In this document: positions 1-7,903 of the stretch, piece after piece
Position numbering within the stretch: the stretch's first letter is position 1
Layout of the letters: each line of letters begins with the position of its first letter
Assembly (NCBI GenBank): GCA_016214565.1
Contig: JACROE010000002.1
Coordinates: 600,007-664,006 of the forward strand
Origin: Candidatus Kerfeldbacteria bacterium
GTDB lineage: Bacteria; Patescibacteriota; Patescibacteriia; UBA10025; JAHIVO01
DNA: 64,000 nt
Direction: 5' to 3'
The notes under the pieces: model-generated
Told to the model about the DNA's origin: nothing
Databases searched by the model: none
What the model saw: only the letters and a program-made list of their open reading frames with translations
Made by a program: the position numbers and the translations under genes

Positions 1-94
1 CGATTAAGCCCAAGCCATAGACTGCCTCGCCGCCATGTTTATGCACGTTGACGTCCATCATAGGACAGAGTGATTAGTAGTTAGTAATGAGTAA

Positions 95-322
95 TTAGTA
101 AATAATTTGTACCCGACCCACTTCGCCGGCTTCGAGCCGTACCTTAATCCCGTGCGGATGGGTGGGGGAGCTGGTCAGGATATCCCGCACTACGCCCTCG
201 GTTAATCTCCCCGTGCGCTGGTCTGCTTTTTGCACGATGGCGACTCGTAATCCCGGGAAAATGTTACCGCGGTTGTGGGGGTTCATATCGTGCATTTTAT
301 GCTTTATGGCTGGCAAAAACAA
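95..322 (-). CDS. YwbE-like small protein (DUF2196 family)
   Basis: 75 aa; motif GRLTEGVVRDILTSSPTHPHGIKVRL matches the conserved core of YwbE/DUF2196 proteins (from memory). Confidence 0.6.
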   Translation of the reverse strand: MFLPAIKHKMHDMNPHNRGNIFPGLRVAIVQKADQRTGRLTEGVVRDILTSSPTHPHGIKVRLEAGEVGRVQIIY

Positions 323-431
323 GGCATGGGGTTTAGGCTGAGAGTCTTGACAGTCCGCATCCTTTCTGGTACGGTGTCTGGAAAATTACTGAAACTCAAT
401 AATCTGTTGTAACCATTAATGGAGGTGTTCT

Positions 432-1382
432 TTGAAACACTATTACTCTCTCCTGATCGCGCTGGTAGCGATGATCGCTCTGCTTGGTTGTTCGTCAAAA
501 AACGACAGCACTAAACAGCAGCCCGTACCGCAGTCGGCGCAGTTTGAGCCCCCGACTCAGCCGAGCGTCACTATTCTCAAGCCGATCATGCCGGACAATC
601 CGGAAGATCTCAAGCTGACCGCGGAAGAGCAGAAAGTATTTGATTTCTGCGATTCCAGCCTCGCCCTCGTTGCCCGGAAAAGCCTTAAGGCTGATTCTCT
701 CCTGGAGTTCTATCGTAGCCACGGTATCCCGGCCCGATTCTTGGGCGACGGCCAGATCAAGATACTGAGCATGAGTGCGGACTCGCTGTTCTTCTTCGTT
801 TTCGTGAATCAGTCCGGTGACTCCACTATCGGCGCTCAAGAGGCGAAGATAGCTGCTACCTTCTCGATTCCGGCGCGTTCGCTCGGTGTGGAGATGTGTG
901 GATTCTCGAAATTCATCCAGGGCATGATGCTGTCCCATGAGCTGAGTCACGCGGTTGACTGCCTGATGAACCATGAGCCGGATTCACCGCCGCTGTCACC
1001 TGACTGGCTGATGGGTGAGCTGCGCGCACACCATGCCACGTATACGATTCTGAATGAGTTCAGTCAGCAGGCCTGGCAAAAAGCCGTCCGGGAAAGCCGC
1101 GAAGAGCGTCTGCAATCCGCGCTGGCTGGCGGGCATTCAAACCAGTCGTTCACGATTGGCTTCATGCCTGGAGATTCGGTTCGTGTCGCTCGCTTCATGA
1201 AGGCGATCAAGCTGCCTTGGTCCATGCAGGATTTCAATGTTCTGGCCACCTGGATGATCGTTGATGCCAATCTGCTCAATGTCACCATCGTCGCCGGCGA
1301 CAACGACCAGAATCGTCTGAACGGCATGATGATGTTCCTCGAGCAGTTCTACGGCCAGATGATGCAGAAGATGGCGCCGTAG
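432..1382 (+). CDS. lipoprotein with HExxH (zincin-like) motif, function unknown
   Basis: Signal peptide plus lipobox (LLGCSS); HELSH motif; two hairpin plus T-run terminators follow at 1420-1530. Confidence 0.55.
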   Translation: MKHYYSLLIALVAMIALLGCSSKNDSTKQQPVPQSAQFEPPTQPSVTILKPIMPDNPEDLKLTAEEQKVFDFCDSSLALVARKSLKADSLLEFYRSHGIPARFLGDGQIKILSMSADSLFFFVFVNQSGDSTIGAQEAKIAATFSIPARSLGVEMCGFSKFIQGMMLSHELSHAVDCLMNHEPDSPPLSPDWLMGELRAHHATYTILNEFSQQAWQKAVRESREERLQSALAGGHSNQSFTIGFMPGDSVRVARFMKAIKLPWSMQDFNVLATWMIVDANLLNVTIVAGDNDQNRLNGMMMFLEQFYGQMMQKMAP

Positions 1383-1577
1383 TATCTACGGTTCAATGAC
1401 CGTTCAATGTCCAACAAATCCCCAATCGTTTCGGCGAGCGGGGATTTATTATTCATGATTTTTCGGGGTGTTTGATTAAGTCAATTTTAAAGCCCGGCGT
1501 TTAGCCGGGTTGTTTTGTAGGTAGAAATAAGACAGGGGATGATAGGGGGTAATTATTTTTTTCATATGATTGTATAA

Positions 1578-2306
1578 TTATTGATTTGATTTTAGCAAAT
1601 GACAACTCCAATTTTTTCTTAAATATTTTAAAATCAACAACCACGTCTGATCAATAATGTTATTTGGTGAATCAAAATCTTTTCTGATAGTCCCATTCGA
1701 TCCGATTGATCCGGAGGTAACAATACGCCAATCAATATACTGATTCTGTTTGCCTACTTTAGGAAATCGCATTCGATCATAACTTCCTGAAATTATTATA
1801 GTAGGCGGCACTCGGCCATGTAACAATTTATTTCGATAATTTCGAATAGTTTTTAAAGGGTCGCCATGATTTTTTCTCCATTTCGTTCTCGCACGTAAAC
1901 CTTCAGTTTCAGTCCAGGGTGGATATTTAGTTGGATCAATGAATCTTTCAAGTAGCTCATCTGCACAATCAATCGCCCCAACAAATCGAGCAAATGCTTC
2001 CGTAAATAAATCACGCCCATTTTCAGGTAAAAATGGTTTAATTTGTCTTATGTCATAAACCCTTATTAGATGAAGAAGAATTGTATAATGAAGCTGTGAA
2101 ATACACAAATCATTTGGCGTCTTTTGTATTGAAGATAATTCTTCATTGGATTGAAAGTGTATATCAGTAGGATTAGAGGATCTATTGGTAACTGGGGTAA
2201 CAAATGTTTGCCAAAATTTTTCGTACTCGAGAAATTCTTGAGCAATAAATAATGCATAATATTTTTGTTCATACCAGTCGCCATGTTGTTGTAATGTATA
2301 GTTCAT
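1578..2306 (-). CDS. hypothetical protein, HEPN-like Rx4H motif (RNKLLH), in AT-rich island
   Basis: 242 aa ORF in a visibly AT-rich segment; RNYRNKLLHGR fits HEPN Rx4-6H; no other recognisable domain. Confidence 0.45.
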   Translation of the reverse strand: MNYTLQQHGDWYEQKYYALFIAQEFLEYEKFWQTFVTPVTNRSSNPTDIHFQSNEELSSIQKTPNDLCISQLHYTILLHLIRVYDIRQIKPFLPENGRDLFTEAFARFVGAIDCADELLERFIDPTKYPPWTETEGLRARTKWRKNHGDPLKTIRNYRNKLLHGRVPPTIIISGSYDRMRFPKVGKQNQYIDWRIVTSGSIGSNGTIRKDFDSPNNIIDQTWLLILKYLRKNWSCHLLKSNQ

Positions 2307-2320
2307 TTGCGTACTAATTA

Positions 2321-2791
2321 TTACGATTTTCTTCCTCTTTGAGTCTCTTGATCCCTGTAATATTGGGGATTGTCACCAATAACTCGTATCAAATGATCTT
2401 TAATAATCAAATAAATTAATTTGTTGCGAAAAGTCCTGATTGGTCGAGCGGCGATCCACCCTTTATCAGTTTGTTCAGGTGAAATCAAACTTAATTCTTT
2501 TAATTTATTATCCATGACATTAAGCCAATGCCTTGCTTGGCCTCCAAAAGTTAGGGCATAATGCTCACCTTCCTTGCCATAGCGTAATGGTAATTCTTTT
2601 GATGCATTCCAAATATTAACAAATCTATCAGCGTAATAAGTGCCCCAGCCATTATCTCTAGTATTACGATTATCTTTTAATAGCCATTTGGAAATTATTA
2701 GCGCTTTAAAGATACTTGGCAGTAGTACTATGACTACCAGAACGATTACTTCCCAGAGTAAATTTTGCCAAAGCCAAATGAGTATATTCAT
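2321..2791 (-). CDS. hypothetical membrane-anchored protein (AT-rich island)
   Basis: 156 aa, N-terminal TM helix; shares the IR(T/N)(F/Y)RNKL motif with the downstream gene; 14-nt gap to the next ORF. Confidence 0.45.
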   Translation of the reverse strand: MNILIWLWQNLLWEVIVLVVIVLLPSIFKALIISKWLLKDNRNTRDNGWGTYYADRFVNIWNASKELPLRYGKEGEHYALTFGGQARHWLNVMDNKLKELSLISPEQTDKGWIAARPIRTFRNKLIYLIIKDHLIRVIGDNPQYYRDQETQRGRKS

Positions 2792-2818
2792 GGGTTTATT
2801 TAATTGTTTTTTTAATCC

Positions 2819-3772
2819 TTACCTCCCCGGCGATGATTTGAACAGCATGAGATAGGAGCCTTCGGATAGTTTGATGACGGACGGGTCGGCGGTGATATTG
2901 CCGAGGTCGCGATCCTCGAAGCGGATACCGGCTGGGGTGAAGGTCAGTCCGTCGGTGGAAGTGGCGATGCTGATACCGGCGGTGTAGAGATACCATTGGT
3001 CATTTTCGTGCCAGACGTCAGGTACTGCGCCGCCGGTGAAGGCGACACCGCGCTCGGTGAAGGTTAGTCCGTCGGTTGACGTTGCCACGATGACTTTATT
3101 TCCCTCGACATCGCCGCCGTAGAGATACCAGGTGTCGCCGACTTTTTCCACGTCAGGGTCGAATATGCCTCGTCGCTCAAACCGGATGCCATCCTCTTGG
3201 GTGAAATTCACGCCATCATAAGAAATGGCTGAGTAAATCTTGTTGGTTGGCTCGATGCCGTTGGCTGGCCGATTGATGCGGGATTCATTGATATCAAAAT
3301 AGAACAGGCGAATCCGCCCATCAGCCAGGAGTACGGGAGCTGGATCGGCGGTAGCTTTATCACCTAGGCCGGTGATGGTCAGCAGCTGCCGTTCGCTCCA
3401 GGTCTGGCCATTGTCGGTTGATTTCACCATGCCCAGCTGCTCTTTGACGCCGTCAGTGGTCACGTCCACGAAGTAGACATAGATCGTGCCATCCTTGATG
3501 ACCGCGCCCGGCACCGAGGCGTGCTCGGCCAGTATTTTCCCCGAGGGGGTCCAGCTGGTCAGAGTGGAGCCGGTGGCAAAGGATATTTTGTCGCGGTACG
3601 GCCCTTGATTCATGCCTGACCAGTTGTATTGGTTTGGGTCAGCCGCTTGCTGGTTGCTGGTTTTGGTATTGGTGGTCGCGGTGTTATTGTTGTTGTTTGT
3701 AGTTTTAGTGCAGGCAGACACGATAAAGGCGAGGCACACGATGATTCCCAAGAGGAGGATTTTTTTAGTCAT
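2819..3772 (-). CDS. BNR/Asp-box repeat lipoprotein (sialidase/glycosidase-like beta-propeller)
   Basis: Signal peptide plus Cys lipobox and poly-N/T linker; repeated SxDxGxTW/F Asp-box motifs (STDNGQTW, STDGLTFT x2, SYDGVNFT). Confidence 0.7.
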   Translation of the reverse strand: MTKKILLLGIIVCLAFIVSACTKTTNNNNNTATTNTKTSNQQAADPNQYNWSGMNQGPYRDKISFATGSTLTSWTPSGKILAEHASVPGAVIKDGTIYVYFVDVTTDGVKEQLGMVKSTDNGQTWSERQLLTITGLGDKATADPAPVLLADGRIRLFYFDINESRINRPANGIEPTNKIYSAISYDGVNFTQEDGIRFERRGIFDPDVEKVGDTWYLYGGDVEGNKVIVATSTDGLTFTERGVAFTGGAVPDVWHENDQWYLYTAGISIATSTDGLTFTPAGIRFEDRDLGNITADPSVIKLSEGSYLMLFKSSPGR

Positions 3773-3793
3773 AGGTGGAGGGTTGGTGATTTT

Positions 3794-4243
3794 TTAATCA
3801 ATTTTCTGTTGTTCCCTATAAATCGCTGCGATGGTCGCGCCGTAGGCCAGCCATTCTACCAGGCCCTGCACGGTGAAGTAAAGCAGGGCGCCGGTGGCAA
3901 TGTTTGTCATGAGGTAGAGCGTGGTCATGGGTGGGATAACGCCAATGAGCCAAGCGAATAATCCGAAGACCAAGCCTTTGCGTACGCCCTGGCCGGGGAT
4001 GCCCGAATACAGTATGGCAAAAACCCAGGCGAAGACCAGCGCCAGGGTGATATTCATGAGGAGGAGGATGGGCCAGCTGACGGGGATATCCAGGCCCATC
4101 GCTGGCGTCCATTTCCAGACGTCAGTCGGCGCCAGCCTGAAGATGTCGCCGAACAGCAGATAGCTGCCGCCGCCGATAATGAAACTCAAGAAATTAATGG
4201 CAAGACCGGCTCCAATAACCCGCCGGTAATTTATTGTTCGCAT
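3794..4243 (-). CDS. hypothetical integral membrane protein
   Basis: 149 aa, four predicted TM helices. Confidence 0.5.
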   Translation of the reverse strand: MRTINYRRVIGAGLAINFLSFIIGGGSYLLFGDIFRLAPTDVWKWTPAMGLDIPVSWPILLLMNITLALVFAWVFAILYSGIPGQGVRKGLVFGLFAWLIGVIPPMTTLYLMTNIATGALLYFTVQGLVEWLAYGATIAAIYREQQKID

Positions 4244-4380
4244 GTTTTGAGTGTTAGTGACACATCAATTCTATTCCAACCCAAACTCTAATACAAGTCA
4301 ACGCTTATCGTGCATATTTTGCATATCTATCCGTCATTTCGCGAGAGTCCGAGCCATTGAGGCTGGTAGATGATTTTGAG

Positions 4381-4773
4381 TTATGGCTTTTTATTATATA
4401 TCAGGGGCCCTACTGCCAGGCCGACGAATATCAGGTAGGTGCTCCACTGGCCGAAGACGGCGCTGGTCGTTTGATTGGGGATGGTAATCATCAGCAGGAG
4501 CACGGCAATTTCAATAGCCCAGACAATGCCGTTGGTGAATGCTTGCTGCATTGAGGCGGGCTTCAGCCACTGCGTCAGCCACCAGGTGCAGGCAGCCATA
4601 ACCAGGGCGACGATGATGCCGACCCACCAGTAGTCAAAGGGTTGCTCCGTGCCAGCCACGATTGAGAGAATGAAAAAGAGGATATTAGTAACGACAAAGA
4701 GCACCAGGCCAAAGAGCAGCACGATGATCCATCGTTTGTTTTGTTTTGGCTGGGGGGTGGTTGGCGAATCCAT
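4381..4773 (-). CDS. hypothetical integral membrane protein
   Basis: Hydrophobic ORF; start placed at the internal Met (MDSPTT); N-terminal Pro/Gln-rich segment. Confidence 0.45.
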   Translation of the reverse strand: MDSPTTPQPKQNKRWIIVLLFGLVLFVVTNILFFILSIVAGTEQPFDYWWVGIIVALVMAACTWWLTQWLKPASMQQAFTNGIVWAIEIAVLLLMITIPNQTTSAVFGQWSTYLIFVGLAVGPLIYNKKP

Positions 4774-4808
4774 ACGCGTTTGTTTATTAATGAAAATGAT
4801 TGATAGGA

Positions 4809-5558
4809 CTAATTGATAATTATCCAATCCTCGGGATGGTCATGGTCATTGAGCTGGGCAGCTTGCGCGCCGTTGGCAGTTTCTAGCTTACAGGGGTTCG
4901 CGTCGCGGTACTCTTTGGTATAGCTTAGGTCGCTTCGCGTTTTAATATTGTCGGAAATGTACTGATTAAATGCTTCATCAGACATGTGGTTGAAGATTGA
5001 GTCTAGCGCGCCGAAGGGTGATTCGTAGCCGTCGATAATTTTTGTGCCAGCACCAGCGGTAGCATAGACGAGATCGATGCCATTAGTGGCGACGTGGCCG
5101 ATCAGTTCACCTGCTTTTACTTTGTCGCCCTCTGAGAGCGTATCAAGCGGCACGAGGTGTTCGAAGCTAGCATTCCAGTCGCTCCCTTTTTGCCCGAGCC
5201 ACATTTCGCCCTCCAGGCCCTGGGATGGATTGCTGAAGATGCTCATTATTTCACCGTCAAAGGGTGCGTACACTTCCACCTGCTTGCCCTTGTATTCAGG
5301 TTTCAGCATGAGATAATGCTTCATGTTGCGTAGCCGCTCGCTCTCGTCCTGCGGCACCACCACGTGTCCCTGGCAACTGCGGAATTTTGAAATTTTTTCC
5401 ACTTTACTGGTATCGATGAAATTAGCGGTGAGCTCGGGCGGACCGGATGTGCCTTTATCCATTTTCCAGACAAACACACCGCCCACGCCGATGAGGAAAA
5501 TGACGATGGCTATCCACCAGAAGCGTTTGAGGAATGGTTTTTTTAGTGGGGTGTCCAA
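4809..5558 (-). CDS. secreted/anchored protein, paralog family A (LytM/M23-like hybrid-motif segment)
   Basis: N-terminal KKPFLKRFWW plus TM anchor shared with the two upstream genes; VYAPFDGEI and GDKVKAGELIGHVATNG resemble M23 beta-barrel motifs, but canonical HxxxD/HxH are not evident. Confidence 0.5.
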   Translation of the reverse strand: MDTPLKKPFLKRFWWIAIVIFLIGVGGVFVWKMDKGTSGPPELTANFIDTSKVEKISKFRSCQGHVVVPQDESERLRNMKHYLMLKPEYKGKQVEVYAPFDGEIMSIFSNPSQGLEGEMWLGQKGSDWNASFEHLVPLDTLSEGDKVKAGELIGHVATNGIDLVYATAGAGTKIIDGYESPFGALDSIFNHMSDEAFNQYISDNIKTRSDLSYTKEYRDANPCKLETANGAQAAQLNDHDHPEDWIIIN

Positions 5559-5568
5559 ATTTTATTTA

Positions 5569-6087
5569 TTATGGGACAAAATTAATAAAGGGATCGTCTT
5601 CATTATAGTTTATTTCCTTACCTTGGCCATCGATACAAGTAACTTTTGCGTAATCTTTACCGTCAATTTGCTTTCCAGCTTTAGTTATATTACATGTAGT
5701 CGGTGGGACTAAATGACTGGCTGTGTCACGTGGTTTCTTATCGAAAATTGTAATATAGTGGCTGCAGAGGCCCGTAACATATCCTTCGCTATCGTGGTGC
5801 AGATTATCCCAAGCACGACCTATGGGGAAGGCAAAGTCGGGTAGGTAGCAATCATCTGATTCACAGACGCTATTCTCGCGGCAGATTGAGCCCCCATCAG
5901 TGGTTTTCTGGAGGCACTGGCGGGACGGCTGGTCGTATGAACGGCCAGGCTCAGTTTCGCATTGCATACGTTCGCGCCAGGCGATGCCAAATGGGCTGAT
6001 GAAGAGGGAAGTACCAGCTATGGCGAAGATGATGATAAGGACCAACCAGTAGCGTTTGAAAAAAGAAGTATGTGGCTGAACGTCCAT
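5569..6087 (-). CDS. Cys-rich secreted/anchored protein, paralog family A
   Basis: Start chosen at MDVQPHTSFFKRYWL to match the paralog N-termini; 8 Cys in the mature part. Confidence 0.5.
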   Translation of the reverse strand: MDVQPHTSFFKRYWLVLIIIFAIAGTSLFISPFGIAWRERMQCETEPGRSYDQPSRQCLQKTTDGGSICRENSVCESDDCYLPDFAFPIGRAWDNLHHDSEGYVTGLCSHYITIFDKKPRDTASHLVPPTTCNITKAGKQIDGKDYAKVTCIDGQGKEINYNEDDPFINFVP

Positions 6088-6091
6088 ATAT

Positions 6092-7381
6092 TTATCTTTC
6101 GTACTCAACAAAATTTTCGCCTAGGTCCCAGGGGCCGGTACCGCAACGGCTGCTTGAATTTTTCTTGATGCGCAATGTTTCCGCGGTAGGCATGGTTGCC
6201 AGAATACTCATGCGGGCGCCACCTCCACGATAGCTTGTCGTGTCATAGCAGTAGATCGTGCCGTCAGCGGTGACCTGGCTGAAATCCCGATTGATTGTCC
6301 CACTGGAGGCCGGGACAAAGCTATAAAAACCGCTTTCGATGCCTGCGCTGCTTGCCGATGTTCCGACTGAGAAAACTTGTTTGTCGGTTTGGATATTATC
6401 ATAGGCGAGTGCGAGATGCGGGTCTTCACCCTGGAGCTGACCCTGTAGATCATAGAACCACACGCCCTGGGCGGTTCCGACTATGTCCACATCCACCGTG
6501 CCACAGCGCGGCTCTTTCGTCCGCTTGCCATTATCCGGCCCGATTATTAAGTCGTAGTACTGATCTTTTTGTTCAGTCGGGTAGTAGTCCAAAAAGCACG
6601 AAACGAAATTTCGATCTGTGGACCATCGATCTGGGTTGGCGCGATTTACTTGTGGTTCGCGGTAGTCACTTAACCAGATGTCGAGCATGGCTGAACGTCC
6701 ATCGCCGACGGTGCCGATTTCCTCACCGGCATTAACTTCGATGTTCATCCCCATATAGCTACAGCTGCGATAGGTCTTGCCGCCTGTTTCATATTCATTA
6801 CAATTCTTTTCCAGCGCGTCCATTTCCGCCTGAATGTTCTGCGCAATTGATCCGATGTGTCCGAATTTTCCTTTCACCTCTTTGCACGGTGAGAATTCGA
6901 TGGAGTAATCAGTGATTCCGCCACTTTCCTCACTCGACTGGACGCCGACGATCCACATATCCGCTGGTGCGATCAGTGGTTTCGCATTTGATTTCAATCC
7001 TGGGGTGAAATATTGCGCGTCGGTGGTTGCCACATACAGGTGATCCGTGGGCAGGGTGTGGCCGGTCGGATTCAGATTACCCAGTGCCGTAATTTGGTAG
7101 AAATCTCCGTCTTTGAGGGGAAACACAGTGAAGAGCTCCTTGGTAGTATTGCACGAAGGGAGCGAGTCTTGCGGTTGGGTTAATTCATTTGTTGTATTGG
7201 TATTTGTTTGCGCCGTTTGATCTGTCGGCGAATCAACAAAGGTGTTTACTGAAGTATTGGTATTATCCGCATTTTTTTGTGGGATGTTCATGACAATAAT
7301 AAGCACTACCACGGGGATCAGTAGTATCCACCAGAAGCGTTTGAGGAATGACTTTTTTTGCTTGGCAGGAGGCATGTCCAT
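6092..7381 (-). CDS. secreted/anchored protein, paralog family A (M23-like segment VNAGEEIGTVGDG)
   Basis: 429 aa; N-terminal KKSFLKRFWW plus TM; T/N-rich linker; tandem with the two downstream paralogs. Confidence 0.55.
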   Translation of the reverse strand: MDMPPAKQKKSFLKRFWWILLIPVVVLIIVMNIPQKNADNTNTSVNTFVDSPTDQTAQTNTNTTNELTQPQDSLPSCNTTKELFTVFPLKDGDFYQITALGNLNPTGHTLPTDHLYVATTDAQYFTPGLKSNAKPLIAPADMWIVGVQSSEESGGITDYSIEFSPCKEVKGKFGHIGSIAQNIQAEMDALEKNCNEYETGGKTYRSCSYMGMNIEVNAGEEIGTVGDGRSAMLDIWLSDYREPQVNRANPDRWSTDRNFVSCFLDYYPTEQKDQYYDLIIGPDNGKRTKEPRCGTVDVDIVGTAQGVWFYDLQGQLQGEDPHLALAYDNIQTDKQVFSVGTSASSAGIESGFYSFVPASSGTINRDFSQVTADGTIYCYDTTSYRGGGARMSILATMPTAETLRIKKNSSSRCGTGPWDLGENFVEYER

Positions 7382-7520
7382 ACCATAGTATCATCCCTCT
7401 TTTTGTATGAACTGGCAAATAGTTGGTTTGCGTCAGGCGGTCTTGACAAAGTGCGGCGGAGGTGGTATCCTGCTGTGTTAATTGAGGATGTTCATTCGTA
7501 TATAACCATGGAGGTATCAA

Positions 7521-7823
7521 ATGACCACAATGGTCGTCTGTCGAGTTGAGGGGACTAACATTTGTAGTATCCCTAACTGTCATCAGCAGTTTGGTGATGG
7601 TGACACGGTCTGTGGTGGCGGACACGAAATCGGTCAGGAATATCCTATCGATTTTCCCAGCCCTACCACTGAGTTGCCAGTTCAGCAGCCTGCAGACAGA
7701 TCCACTGCGTCTGTCGAGTGCTACGCTGATGGTAATAATTGCTCCATATGCCATCAGATGTTTCCTGAAGCAGATGATACGTGTCCGACTGGACACACGA
7801 TTGGTCAGTTCTACACCAAGTAG
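7521..7823 (+). CDS. small Cys/His-rich protein with internal tandem duplication
   Basis: TTGACA-17-TATCCT promoter and GGAGG RBS upstream; two repeats of C-x2-C-H-Q-x-F-x4-D(T)-x-C-x2-GH-x-IGQ-x-Y. Confidence 0.5.
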   Translation: MTTMVVCRVEGTNICSIPNCHQQFGDGDTVCGGGHEIGQEYPIDFPSPTTELPVQQPADRSTASVECYADGNNCSICHQMFPEADDTCPTGHTIGQFYTK

Positions 7824-7903
7824 GATTAACCATCAATCATCTCTCCACAAATCAAAACGGCCGCCTTACCAGCAGCCGTTTTCTTTTTGGCAATGATGAG
7901 CCA

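Noticed and set aside
3640-3720. Low-complexity repeat (GTTGTTGTT/ATTGGT-rich) that might look like a tandem repeat or CRISPR-like array
   Set aside because: It is the coding sequence of the Asn/Thr-rich linker of the BNR lipoprotein (TTNNNNNTATTNTKT). No regularly spaced repeat-spacer architecture was seen anywhere in the window.
3629-3961. Plus-strand ORFs 3612-3797 and 3629-3961 and other short overlapping ORFs across 3600-4250
   Set aside because: They overlap the BNR lipoprotein linker (poly-N/T coding produces long antisense frames) and the membrane protein gene; no independent signals.
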